Below are positions 37,858-50,786 of a stretch of DNA of 64,000 bases, in pieces. The stretch lies in assembly GCA_950097015.1 (NCBI GenBank), contig CATNEN010000038.1, positions 18,600,001-18,664,000 of the forward strand, in the 5' to 3' direction. Below the pieces are notes generated by a model. That model was given only the letters and a program-made list of their open reading frames with translations, ran no database searches and was not told the origin of the DNA. Position 1 is the stretch's first letter. The number at the start of each line of letters is the position of its first letter. Position numbers and translations under genes: made by a program. This DNA is from Macrostomum hystrix (lineage: Eukaryota > Animalia > Platyhelminthes).

Positions 37858-40800
37858 ATGGTTTGGACTCCATTGCAAGAAGTTTTATTAAAGGGGCCCA
37901 TGTGGTAAGTATTCACTTTTAATAATTAGTTTAAAATGTTAATGTTTCAAGTCCAGAATTTTTCAATCAATGCTTTTGTATGTATATATTTTTATTAAGG
38001 GGAAATGTTTTTTTCTGTGATTCTATTGGTTTTTATGTCCTTTATTCTATGTATGTCGTAGCTAGGTCTATCTATCCAAAATTAGGTTATGTAAGATAAT
38101 GTTCTCAATAACATAACACATGTGTTATCAACATTGCTCACTGGGCAAACTCCTAGTTTGCTGCATTAAATTATTTTTACATGTAAAACCATTTAAAAGT
38201 TAAAATTTCACGCATGGAAGTTAAAATGACAGATTAAAAGTTTTAAAAGGATGTAGTCAACAATCAATAGTAATGGGCAACCCAGTAGAGGAAGTTGCCA
38301 AACTTCTTTGGGAAGAGCCGGCGGCATACATAAGCACCAGAGATACTCGTTCGGTTGAGTCTTGAATAGTGCGTCACTTGTGCCACTCATTCTCCAGAAC
38401 TTGTCCTTCACTTGTGCCCATGATCCCTCAATGGTATTAGTATGCAGGGTGGATCATTTGACATGAGGTACAAATGTCGTGGGTGCTCTAGGTCGCCCAG
38501 CAATAGTAGAGTCACCAGTTAGGCTGAAATGTGATGTGAAGATACATTATAAAATAATTTAACATAGCAAACTAGGAGTTATTTATTAAATAGCTAGTCA
38601 CTACTGTAGTGTAGTAGTTACAATAACTATTTACAGATTGAAGAATTGTATGAGACTTCAAAATTTATTTTGATAAGCTTGAAAAAGCATATTTGGAGTT
38701 CTGTAAAAAAATAAGAAAAGTATTTGAAGTGATGCAAACACAATGTATAACAATGTGTCATATTTTGCAACCTCATGGCTGCAAAGTAGTTAAAGTCATA
38801 CAATGTCAACTTAGTTTTAGCTCTCTGGCATCAGTGGTTTCTTAGCATTAGTGCTATTTGTTTACAATGTGAAAGATATATCATAGTCATTTTTGAACTA
38901 CCATATTGGAATCTAAACATTATGTTTCTTTTTGTTAATCTATTTGACAACTTTAATTGTACCAAAAGTTAGTTTTTGTTATTAAGAAACTTCTTGCATG
39001 TTAAAATATTTGGGCAACTAAGATTAAGAAAATTTTGTAACTATCTAACCTGAGCATAGACCTACATGCAACAAGTAATAACTGCTAAGAAAGTTTAGTA
39101 TAAAAGTCTAGCTATCAAGATTTCTCCTTACAAAATGCAAAACAAACTAGATAGATTCAAAATCTATATATATACTATAACTGGCACAAGAAACATAGTC
39201 TATCTATAAGATACTTCCATATGCTGATTGACATACTATTGGAATTATGATAAGGACTCCTACTAATAAGAATTCCTTGATTTCCACAGCTTGTGTTTTT
39301 CAGAAAAGTATTTTTTAATCATTACTCAATTACTTAATTACTCATTAAGCATGTAATTTATACTGAAAAAAATTAGCTATGTGAACTTTATTTTCAATAG
39401 AATATAATAATGCAAAGAATAATTGTAATCCAATCAGCTGTCCATAAACTATGATTAGTACTTGAATTTTGCAGGGTCAATGAGCTTGCAAATGGTCAGT
39501 TCAGCATGCAGCGCAGGAAAGGTCGTGGAGGTGGTGGCATCTCTGGTCTGATCTTAGGCACAATCGATTCAGTCTGGGAGTCCAAGGTATTCATTACTTT
39601 TTAAGCTAAAATCTAAGTAAAATTATAGTCTGACTAGCACTAAATTTGTAATTTTTCAGTCGTGCCAATTCCGAATCTTGTACACTCCGCCTCATAGCGA
39701 AGTCAGCTACTGTAAGTAGGATTATCGGAATCTTGTGAATATAAATAGTTTTTTTTATAAATTATAATAATGAAAGAAAGTATCTTCTAATGGAAAAAAC
39801 TACCGCACACAAAGTCATGTGACAATTCTAGCTCTTATCTCTTTTAATGTCACGTGACAAACTATTCTACATCAACTGACGTGTATCATAAAAATACATT
39901 CGCAGCCATCGCCGAGTCTAACAACAAAGATGAGATTGACAAGCACTGGAACTGGCTAGCCGGAAATCTAGCTCCGGCACTCGCCAAATTAGACAATCCC
40001 GACGACATGCTCAGCTTGGTCAACGGAAAGATTGCTAGCCTAGTGGCTGAGAGCTGTTCTTTTGATCAGACTGATGGTGGCTCTGGCGCTGCTGCTGCTG
40101 CTGCTGCTTCAGCTGTTGGCGATAGCAGTAAAGGTGTGTTTAGTATTATTTTTAATGATTTTTATAATAATTAATTGATTAGATATTCCAAATTTTTGGC
40201 CAAATGTGCAGCCGACAGCACAGTCGCAGCTATAGCGCGGCGCATCTCGATGCTGCGTGCGGCTGTTCAGTCCATGGACTGGGGGATGCCGCGCCCCCTC
40301 AATTACCCCAGCTAATGCTGGTACCCATTTAACAGCTGGGTGAACTGAAGTAATGCAGTGTTAAGTGTCTTTCTAAAGGACCTAAATTGTTCTAGTGGAT
40401 TTGGGAATCGAACCCCGGACCTTCAATTCGTAAGTCCGACGCTCTATCCACTAGGCTACAATCCCTTTAGTTGTACTAGGCTACATTATTCTTTAATTTT
40501 GTGGGATTAAGTGATTGGGGCTGAAGCACTGTTGTAGAATAACCCTGCAATTCTATTCATAAATGTATCATTTCCAATTTCAGAGCTAGAAAAAAAGAAG
40601 TCTTTTCAAACTGCTTCGCATCGTTTTAGCACCCTCTTCGACATGCACTCGGAGGAGAAACTTGTGAACTGTGAGTCCTAATAATGCTTTGACTGGATTT
40701 TATTAGTAAATTTATGTATTTGTGGCTAGTAAGTACATTTTCAATGTCAACCAATAAAATGAAATATTTTTTGTCCTTAATCCCTGTGTCTACAAATTTT

Positions 40801-43800
40801 CCCATTTCCTATCCTGCAGATTACTCCTGCTCATTGTGGAAGAATAAAGTGCCCCGTCAAGGTTGGATGTATCTGAGTGTCAACTACTTGTGCTTCTATT
40901 CGTATTTAGTTGGCACAGAGGTGTCCATTGTGCTGGCCTGGGTCGATATTAAGGTATGGAATGATCTGAAATACAGCTAGGTCCAGTTATTCCTTCTGAC
41001 AATCATACTCATCGACAATTGTCTCCCACAGACATTCATCTTACATAGACAGTTATCCCCATAGACAGTTATTACCATAGACAGTTATCACCATAGACAG
41101 TTATCCCCATAGACAGTTATCACCATAGACAGTTATACCCATAGACAGTTATCCCCATAGACAGTTATCCCCATAGACAATTATCCCCATAGACAGTTAT
41201 CCCCATAGATAGTTATCCCCATTGACAATTATCACCATAGACAGTTATCCCCATACACAGTTTTCGACGCAGTTCACGCCACATTGAAATGTAACTAAGG
41301 CGTTGCTGATAAATAAATATAAATAAAATAAATAAAATTTCATATATGATTTTATTTTTAATTTGCGACCCTGGATAACTCGGAATTCGATCTGGTAAAA
41401 AATTTAACCGAGGCACCCAGTTCACTTCCTATTGGTTAGCTAGGAGCTACATAAGCAATATTGTGTCTATTGGTGGTTTGTAGTTGGATCGATTGTCTAT
41501 TGTTATAGTAATTACAAGTATGTTCCTGTCCTGTCACTATACAGTGGGTTTATTCCGAGTACTTAGTCCAAGTTGCTTGCTCTAGCTAGAAGCTAGATTA
41601 TTTCTCTCCTAGGAAAAGAAAAAAATCCCATTTATGTGTTCCAGTTGGTTGAACGCGGCACAAACCTATTGCTTCCTGAAAGCATTCGGATAGCCACTCG
41701 CGAAGAAGAGGTAACAGTTTTATTAACTTGAAAATCTTTTACTGTTTTAAATGATAAAATAGCTGAAAATTTGTTTTATGAAAGTATTCAATTATTTTAG
41801 TATAATTTCTCGATGTTTATGAAAATTGACGAGACCTACCGAATGATGCAACAGCTGGCTAATCTAGCTGTCAGACGTTTGCTTTCTGAAGATGGCTACG
41901 ACACTAGTAAGAGCTTCCTGCCTGCCTTGGATACCGCTGGCGTTGCTAGGGACGCTGGCGTTCGGTCATCGGGCGGCAATGTGAGTTTTCAGTGCGATTA
42001 AGATGGGACTCAATCATCAGATCAGGACCATGAAGGATCGGATAAGTAGACAATAAAGGGATCGAATTACTAGACCCTGAAGGATCGGATTCGGAGTTGA
42101 GGCCAATGAATTCGATGAAGCATTGTCTCTAAAGGATCTGATTTAAACCTATAAACAATTCAAACCATTCAAAGCGCAAATCGTCCCGACGTCGTCAAAC
42201 AATGTCAACTCAGACAGCTTCGGGTTCGTCTGCGTTTTCCAACTCCTCGGCTTCGCAGCTGAAGCGGGATCTGGAAGCCCGCAGACGAAGCGAGCGTTAC
42301 AGAGTGCAGTTCAGCTTGCCGGCTGACGAACCTCTTGACGGTCATCTCGACTGCGCCCTGTACACACCCTACGATAAGCGCATTGTGCCTGGCAGGCTAC
42401 ATTTGTCTCCAAATTTTCTTTGTTTTGCCAGCGAATTGCCCGGCCTAGTCCAGCTGGTTGTGCCGCTGCGGGATGTGGCCTGCGCCGAGAAGAAAGACGA
42501 ACCGGTTGGCGGACAGGGGCGGCCGGGCCAGAGCCTCTACTTGCACCTCAGGCCGTCCTGCGGCGCCTCTCAACCGGTTGGTGTCCTGTTAATTGTATAA
42601 AAATTTGCAGGAGGCTGTGGGCAGTGGCACATCATTTGGTGACACTGATGCCAGCGAGGAGGCAATTCTGCCCATTTCGCTGACTCCTGAGCACACACGC
42701 ACACAGATTCTGTACACAGGCACACGCTCACACAGGTGTGTACATCTGCCCTGACTTTCTCATCGTCAGGCAGTGTACACTCTCACTGTGCCATGGAGGT
42801 TGGCCCTCAAGAGAGCCTTATCTCCGCGGCTGCGCCCTTCAAAATTTCGCCGTGGGAATCGAGCTCACGGACATGAGTAGCGAACAGTTTTAGTACAGTG
42901 AATGTTTTTTTCTTTTTTTCAGCTGCTCTTCACCGACCTACTAGACAGGGAGGTGTTGCTAGAGAAGCTTACGGCTTATCTGCGACGTCAGAAGCTTGCC
43001 GAGCTACCCGGAGATAGCCAGCAACAGCAGCAGCAGCAGCAGTGTCCGGACTTACATAGGCAGCCAGCACTAGTACACATTTTCACACAGAGTCATCCGC
43101 ATCTATTCTCTGATGAAGCTGCTGGGAAAGAGGTAAACTATGCTCACTAGCTCTCTCAATGTGCGATGGCATCTGTGAAGTTTGGATTGGACAAAGTGAT
43201 GAAATCTGTTGTGGAATAGTTTATGGAAGAAATGGTGGAATAAGTGGTGAAATAAAGGATCGAATACCTTTTTTGTGGTTGATGCAAATAAGTGATGGAA
43301 TGATTGATGGAATAAGTGATGGAATAAATGATAGAATTATTGATAGAATGATTGATAAATTAAGTGATGGAATGATTGATGAAATAAGTGATGGAATGAA
43401 TGATGGAATAAGTCATGGAATGATTGATGGAATAAGTGATGGAATGATTGAAATAAGTTATGGAATGATTGATGGAATGATTGATGGAATGATTGATGGA
43501 ATGAATGATGGAATAAGTGATGGAATTATTGATGGAATGATTAATGAAAAAAGTGATAGAATGATTGATAAATTAAGTGATGGTGTCGCTTGGGACAAAA
43601 TTTCCTTGCTTGTATTTAGGTATATAACTTGTATTTTGAAAGTAAAAGCATTTGGTCCGAAGATCTAGTGGGCTTAGTGCACACTAGAAGCAACTAAAGG
43701 GGAACTGTACCGAGCACGGAATTAAAAACATAGACAACGATTGAGTTAACAAGGGGCGGGCAGGATGCGTAGTCTATGGGCTAAGAGGACGATAGAAAGC

Positions 43801-46800
43801 GAAACAATTAAAGTGCAGTGAAACGTACTGATTAACTAATTGGTGAGCAAGAGATTAAAGAGGAGAGTCAAAGGAAACGACGAGAAGGTTTTCTGGAGGA
43901 AGCATTTCCGACAGATGGAATGATTGATGAAATAAGTGATGGAATGAATGATGGAATAAGTGATGGAATGATTGAAATAAGTTATGGAATGATTGATGGA
44001 ATACGTGATGGAATGATTGATGGAATGAATTATGGAATAAGTGATGGAATTATTGATGGAATGATTAATGAAAAAAGTGATAGAATGATTGATAAATTAA
44101 GTGATGGAATTATTGATGGAATAAGTGATGGAATGATTGATAAATTAAGTGATGGAATTATTGATGGAATAAGTGATGGAATGAATGATGGAATGATTGA
44201 TGGAATGATTGGTGAAATAAGTGATGGAATGATTGATGGAATAAGTGATAGAATAATTGATGGAATTATTGATGAAATAAGTGATGGAATAATTGATGGA
44301 ATAATTGATGGAATAATTGATGGAATGATTGATGAAATAAGTGATGGAATGAATGATGGAATGAGTCATGGAATGATTGATGGAATAAGTGATCGACTGA
44401 ATGATGGAATGAATGATGGAATGATTGATGGAATGATTGATGGAATAAGTGATGGAATGATTGAGAATAGGGCTTCAACAACTCCTATTGCCATCGCTGC
44501 CCAGGTGCTGTGGGACGCCTACTTCAAAGAGTACGGCTCTGGAGTGTGCATGTACCGCACTCCTGAACTGCGTCGCCTAGTCTACGAAGGCCTACCCGAA
44601 CGACTCCGCGGTCGTCTATGGCTGATCCTGAGCGGGGCGGCTAATGAGCTGGCCGCTGGACCTGGCTACTACGGCCAGCTGGTGCAGGCCACCCTTGGCC
44701 GCAGCAGTTTTGTGACGGATGAGATTGAACGCGATCTGCACCGATCACTGCCCGAGCATCCGGCCTTCCAATCCGAGCTGGGCATTGACGCTCTGCGCCG
44801 GGTGCTTACAGCCTACGCATATCGTAATCCCAATATTGGCTATTGTCAGGTGTGAAATCCCATCCTATACTTTTGTCAGCCAAAATCCAATAAATCTGCT
44901 AGGCTAGAATCCCATTCATTGTCATTCTAAAATCCCATAATTATCCCACAATTGAGAATCCCATTCATTTTAATTCTGGAATCCCACAAGTATCCTAATT
45001 GAGAATGCCATTCATTTTCAGTCTAGAATCCCATAATTATTATACTTGAGAATCCCATTCGGTTTTTCTAGAATCTCTTAATTATCCCACTTGAGAATCT
45101 CATACATTTTTTTTCCAGACTACCATAAATATTACATTTGAGAATCTCACAATTATCCCATTTGAGAATCCCAATATTATCCCATTTAAGAATCCGAAAG
45201 TATCCTATGTTAGAATCCCATACATTTTTTATTCCAGACTACCATGAATATTACATTTGAGAATCTAACAATTATCCCACTTGATAATCCCAATATTATC
45301 CCATTTAAGAATCTAACAATTATCCCACTTGATAATCCCAATATTATCCCATTTAAGAATCCGAAAGTATCCTATGTTAGAATCCCATGCATTTTTCATG
45401 CAAAATCCCTAACTGCCAAGTTCGCCCATCCTCGCCCAGGCCATGAACATTGTGACCTCCGTGCTGCTGTTGTACTGCAACGAGGAGGAGGCCTTCTGGC
45501 TATTGTGCGCCATCTGCGAGCGCCTGCTGCCGGATTATTACAATTGTCGGGTTGTCGGCGCCCTGGTCGATCAGCAGGTGCTCTGCCAACTCCTTGGGGA
45601 TGCGTCGCCTAAGCTATTGAAGCACCTGAGCCAGCTCAATGTGGTCTCAATGATCTCGCTCAGCTGGTTTCTAACTATATTTCTTAGGTAAGTATTTTTC
45701 CTAACCTTATCCCGGGTCTTAATTTCAACTGGTAATCCTGTTTATAATCTGGGATATTAATCCCAGCCTGGGATCTTAATCCCAACCAGTAATAATTATT
45801 CCAATCTGGGATCTTAATCCCAACCTGGGATCTTAATCCCAACCTGGGATCTTAATCCCAACCTGGGATCTTAATCCCAACCAGTAATAACTATTCCAAT
45901 CTGGGATCTTAATCACAATCTGGGATCTTAATCACAACCTGGGATCTTAATCACAACCTGGGATCTTAATCACAACCTGGGATCTCAATCCCAACCTGGG
46001 ATCTTAATCCCAACCTGGGATCTTAATCCCAACCAGTAATAACTATTCCAATCTGGGATCTTAATCGCAACCCGGGATCTTAATCCCAACCAGTAATAGC
46101 TATTTTAATCTGGAATCTTAAAAACTAAAGCCTTGTCTAAATTGTAATTCAAATGTAGGTTTAGAATCCGTATAATAAATATTCTATTTCGTAATCCCAA
46201 ATTAGGATTGTAATTTTAAACAGGAATTCGATTTTAATCCTAAATCTGGATCTTGAAATAAAGCTGGGGTTTCAAAATGCAACTGCGATTTTAATCCTGA
46301 TCATAAGTTCCGAGTCTGAAAACGCAGTTTTTATAACACAAAATTAAGATACTAATCACAAAGTTAAGTCGAATCCCAAACTTTATCCCAACCCCAGATT
46401 CATTAATCAACTGTTTTGTTCCTCAGAATTCAATTCCTATTGAAAGAAATGGCCATTTAATTCCCACTTCTCAATTCAGCGTCATCCCGTTCACAAGCGC
46501 CGTGAATATCTTGGACTGCTTCTTCTTCGAAGGCGCCCGAGTGATCTTCCAGATCACCCTGGAACTGCTGACCAAAGCTGAGCGGCAGCTCCTAGCAGCC
46601 AGGGAGGACTCAGACGCTATGCTCACACTCACCGGCCTGTTGAAGAGATTGGACACTCCCGAGGCTGTGCGCCGGCTGGTCTCAGAGGCCACTAACCGGC
46701 TGAGTCATGTTTCTAATGTGAAAATCGATCAGCTGCGAATGAGGCACCGATTGCAGGTAATTCCGAATGGTGCTTAACCTCAGCCTGCTTTTAGTCTTTG

Positions 46801-49090
46801 TTCTCAACCTGGGTCAGTGTTATTGGTCTTTGTTCTCAACCTGGGTCAGTGTTATTGATCTTTGTTATCAACCTGGGTCAGTGTTTTTGGTATTTGTTCT
46901 CTACCTGGGTCAGTTTTTTTGTCTTTGTTCTCAACCTGGGTCAGTGTTATTGGTCATTGCTTTAAACCTGGGTCAGTGTTTTTTAGTTTTTGTTCCCCAA
47001 CTGGGCCAGTGTTTTTGGTCTTTGTTCTCAACCTGGGTCAGTTTTTTTATCTTTGTTCTCAACCTGGGTCAGTGTTTGGTCATTGCTCTCAACCTGAGTG
47101 TGTTGATAACCATTGCCGGATTTGTGTTGAGTTTTCAATCATAACTCACCCAAAGGTTGTCCAAGGCCTCGAAGAGAACGTGATGAAAAACTGCGTGAGA
47201 GCTGTCATCTCCACGGACCTCCGGCCGGCCTGTCAGCTTGGTCGCGAATGTCTCGAAGGCCTCTTCTGGCTATTCAAAGAGGAAAGCGTCCACAGCGCGT
47301 TCTGGCGCGCCCGTCAAGAAGCCGACCACGTTGACGCCGGCAGGCATGACCCAACCAGGCCCTACTATGACCAGACTAGACTCAACTATGAGCAGTTTGA
47401 TCGCCTGATGTCGGCCGTATCGCCGTGGGGTCGCAGCATCGGGCAGCTGAATTTGCGCCTTTTCAAACTGGTGGATCTGGATGGCGACAATCAGGTGGGA
47501 GATTTCTTCTCATTTGCTTGTTTTTTTACGATCAAATACTCATCGAATGCATTTCGTTCCGTAATTTTGGGACTCTAGATTTTGAAATTTATGACGCATA
47601 TTTTATTTATAAGTGTGGATAACTAATGATGAGATTTTGAGATTGTTGGATTGAGGTTTTGAGATCTAGGGATGAGATTTGAAGACCTAAAAGTTTATAT
47701 TTCGGGACATTTTTATTTTGCAGAAATTTTTATAAATAGGCGAGATCTAGCGATTCATGAATGATAATTTAATATCACTTCTAGTACGGAAATAATTTAT
47801 TTCGTCAATGTTTAAGCCAGCCAGCGACAGTCTACTTATCCTTTTAATTGTCTTTGCAACGCAGATAAATTTCCTGCAGTTCGCCTGGTGTCTCGGCATT
47901 ATTTGCGGTCGCGATGTGACGCTTAAATTTAAACTGCTCTACATTCTGCACCTGGACAATCCTTCGATGCTGCCGCAGTCGGCGTCAGCGCAGATGCCGA
48001 GGCGACGAAGCTCCACCACAGAGGCCGCCACCACTGATAACGCCTCGGTGGACACGCTGCAATTGTCTGAGGACAGTGGCGAAATCGCGCAGGCGTTGGA
48101 AGCCACCGAGGAGGCCATTGAAAGTTTGGCCATAGACGATGGCTTCGACAGCATCGCCGGCGCCTCGTCGTTGGCCGGCACTTCGGCTTCGTCTAGAAGT
48201 GCAGTCCCGAGTTCGATTTCGTGCCAGTTACTAAGTGGTGGCGCTAGCAGCAGCAGCGGCGGCGGCGGCGGCAACAACATTTTTCGACGCAGTTTCGGTC
48301 GCCTAGATGAATTAGAATCTTTGCGACCCGCTTCAATATCTAGGCAGCGATTCATTGAATTGTGGAAGGCTATTCACCAGCTAATTGAATCGGCGCCAAA
48401 TGAGCAGCAACTACTGAACAGTGTGGCTCAGGTCAGTTGACTACTTGACATTGGCTTTCAGTGATGGAGGCGAAATCGTTGGGATAAATTTTGGGATTTC
48501 AAGGGCTAAAGTATACAATAAACTATACTCCACTGGAATTGTATGATATTGGGTGTGTATTGCCCGTAGACAGTTGTAGCGTGAAAAGAAGATTTAGTCT
48601 GAGCGTGCAGCGTTGTATCATTGGTGCACGCTTCAGTTGTCCATGGCCCACAATCTAAGGGTAGTTTAGCAAGACAGATGTAGCATGTCGTGGTCATACA
48701 CATTGACAGTGTTTGGTATAAAAACGGGCGGCAAAATGGCTTGATAGGCTGTAATTACCGAAGTTAAAAAATTGCTTTCTAATCTACTGTAAGTAGCAAC
48801 AAAAGAACATTTTCTATTTATTTCATTTCTAGGCCGGAACGCATCTCACTCAGTTAGGCGAAGCTGCCGCATTAGGTGCGCCGCTGCCTGGCAACAATCA
48901 ATGCGACTCCAGCAACAATGCCGATGCGTCCGACCCCGGCGATAATTGGTCTGTGACGTTCGACCAGTTTCTTGCTTGTTTTTTAAATCAAAGCGAATTG
49001 GCTGACTGGCTGGGAGCGGCGTGTGATCTGCTGCCACGCATCAAGGCCTATAGAGAGAATAGCTGGAGAGTGAGGAACTCAAGCAATTGA
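37858..49090 (+). CDS. TBC1D9: TBC1 domain family member 9/8-like Rab-GAP (GRAM-GRAM-TBC-EF-hand), 16 exons, ~1170 aa
   Basis: Exons 37858-37904, 39475-39586, 39660-39711, 39906-40133, 40584-40670, 40820-40953, 41645-41710, 41801-41980, 42214-42576, 42923-43132, 44505-44849, 45440-45687, 46480-46756, 47156-47494, 47865-48431 and 48833-49090; total 3513 nt, in frame. Motifs [67 protein letters not shown]. Confidence 0.92.
38144..38584 (-). mobile_element. Merlin/IS1595 (ISXO2-like) transposon deletion derivative in TBC1D9 intron 1
   Basis: ~30-bp TIRs: AACTCCTAGTTTGC...TTAAATTATTTT at 38148 and its inverse at 38551-38580. Internal minus frame [36 protein letters not shown] matches the ISXO2 C-terminal HTN.IE..W...E..W motif. 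TSD not resolved. Confidence 0.75.
40200..40462 (-). mobile_element. tRNA-derived CORE-like SINE (family B)
   Basis: Minus strand: A box TAGCCTAGTGG, B box GGTTCGATTCCC, then GTCCTTTAGAAAGACACTTAAC...CAGTTCACCCAGCTGTTAAATGGG, resembling the MIR/CORE domain. Confidence 0.75.
41045..41262. repeat. 16-bp minisatellite (ATAGACAGTTATCCCC) in TBC1D9 intron 6
   Basis: About 13 tandem units. Confidence 0.9.
42617..42885 (-). mobile_element. tRNA-derived SINE family A, reverse copy (TBC1D9 intron 9)
   Basis: Reverse complement of the 61707-62047 element, including B box GCTCGATTCC and the central hairpin. Confidence 0.8.
43285..44462. repeat. 12-bp minisatellite (GATGGAATGATT / GATGGAATAAGT) in TBC1D9 intron 10, split by a solo LTR
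   Basis: Tandem units on both sides of 43584-43913. Confidence 0.9.
43584..43913. mobile_element. Solo LTR (330 bp) with 5-bp TSD
   Basis: Termini TGTCG...CGACA; GATGG duplicated at 43579-43583 and 43914-43918; interrupts the 12-bp array. Confidence 0.8.
44905..45400. repeat. Degenerate AATTATCCCA(T/C)TTGAGAATCCCA repeats in TBC1D9 intron 11
   Basis: Degenerate units plus longer internal duplications. Confidence 0.75.
45745..46120. repeat. 19-bp minisatellite (CTGGGATCTTAATCCCAAC) in TBC1D9 intron 12
   Basis: Tandem units with internal GGGAT/ATCCC dyad. Confidence 0.9.
46775..47100. repeat. 32-bp minisatellite (CTCAACCTGGGTCAGTGTTATTGGTCTTTGTT) in TBC1D9 intron 13
   Basis: About 10 tandem units. 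Confidence 0.9.
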
Positions 49091-49227
49091 CTGCTTTGGA
49101 GAACTGCTGCCTAAAGATTTAAAACTTCTTTGACCTAGTATTCATGGCAAATATTTTTTCTTGCTTTCGAGCGATCTTTCAGTCAGTTTTTTTATCAACT
49201 TTTGGATATGTGATTATTCTATGGTCA

Positions 49228-49427
49228 GCCACCCCACTCCCTTGCTTTGATTCGCTAGGCCGCCATCCCTCATCTTCACACTGATTTGTTAGACACCCGC
49301 ACCCACTCCTTCACTCTGATTCGTTGGGCACCCACCCCACTAATTCACTCTGGTTCGTTAAGAACCCACCCCACTCCTTCACTCTGGTTCGTTGGACACC
49401 CACCCCACTCCGTTACTCTGATTCGTT
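49228..49427. repeat. ~33-bp degenerate tandem repeat in the TBC1D9 3' region
   Basis: CACCCACCCCACTCCTTCACTCTG(A/G)TTCGTT repeated about 6 times. Confidence 0.8.
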
Positions 49428-50154
49428 GTGTAAATGACTATCGCATCATAGTTGTCAGATAAGAAAAACTTCTGTGCTAATACGAAGACTGTTCAGTACA
49501 TTTCGTTGTGCATGGTTTTTTTCAGACTCCTTTATTTTTTGCATAAGACACAATATAGTGTATTTTCTTATTACTTTTGTCATTATTTATATTTTTTACT
49601 ACTAGTAGTAGTAGTATTATGAACAGCGCCTATTTTTTCAGTATTTGATTCTCATTACTAGATTCAAAGCATGTAATAGAAAACATGTAATAGTTTTATG
49701 CAATCTGATGTGCATTATGGTTATTTGAAGCTCTGTTTGTTTAACTATTAAAAGCAAGCGTGTGTGTTTTAGTATATATTTTCCATGAAAAGCATTGTGC
49801 CAAGTTAATCCATGTAATTATCTTTCTTTCTGTTTGTGTTTTTCTATGCTTGGATTTAATAGTGGAATTCCTATTCTAAATTTCGATGGAAACCGGAATA
49901 ATTTTGTTAATAAGCTTTCAACGCACAACGGCGCCAAATCAAATTACGAGCGTATTGTCACTTTCTCTGCTTTTTTTCAGTCGCGTTACGATTCGATAAG
50001 AGAAGTCTATTTTTACTTTGTCTTCAATGCATTATGATATCTCTGTTCTATTACATGTATTCGACTCAGAGTAACTCTTCACTTATCTCAGTTTATTCTA
50101 TAATCCAATTTCCCAAATAAACCCATATTTCTAATGATTCCAGAAGGCCACTAA

Positions 50155-50645
50155 CCACAGATTCCCGGATTTCCTATAATCCTGGATTTCCAATAATCCC
50201 GGATTTCCAATAATCCTAGATTTATAATAATCTCGGATTTAAAATACTCCCGGATTTCAAATAATCTCGGATTCCTAAAAATCTCGGGTTTCCAAAAATC
50301 CTGGATTTGTAATTATCCCAGATTTCAAATAATCCCGGATTTCAAATAATCCCGGATTTCAAATAATCCCGGATTTCAAATAATCCCGGATTTCAAATAA
50401 TCTCGGATTCCTAAAAATCGCGGGTTTCCAAGAATCCTGGATTTGTAATTATCCCAGATTTCAAATAATCCCGGATTTCAAATAATCCCGGATTTCAAAT
50501 AATCTCGGATTTAAAATAATCCTAGATTTCTAATAATCCCGGATTTCCAATAGTCCTGGATTTCCAATAGTCCTGGATTTCTAATAATACCGAAATTTCA
50601 ATAATCCCGTCTTCCCAATAATCCAAGATTTTCAATTATCCCATA
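50155..50645. repeat. 17-bp minisatellite (ATAATCCCGGATTTCAA)
   Basis: About 28 variant units with an ATCC-C-GGAT dyad. Confidence 0.9.
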
Positions 50646-50786
50646 TTTCATCAAAGTTATACTATAACTTTGATTACTTCCGAATTGATTACTACAGTTC
50701 CAATTACAATCTATAATAAGTTGTTATTGGATACCGTGCGCGCTGCACACGCACACACATACTTGCCCCTTCCCAGCTATCTGCAT

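Noticed and set aside
40395-40462. Second tRNA gene
   Set aside because: A and B boxes are present but the acceptor stem is poor and it runs into a CORE-like body, so it is a SINE head.
43159-44504. Long MIDGISDG-repeat ORFs fused to a TBC exon
   Set aside because: Intronic 12-bp satellite; the true exon starts at the CCCAG acceptor at 44505.
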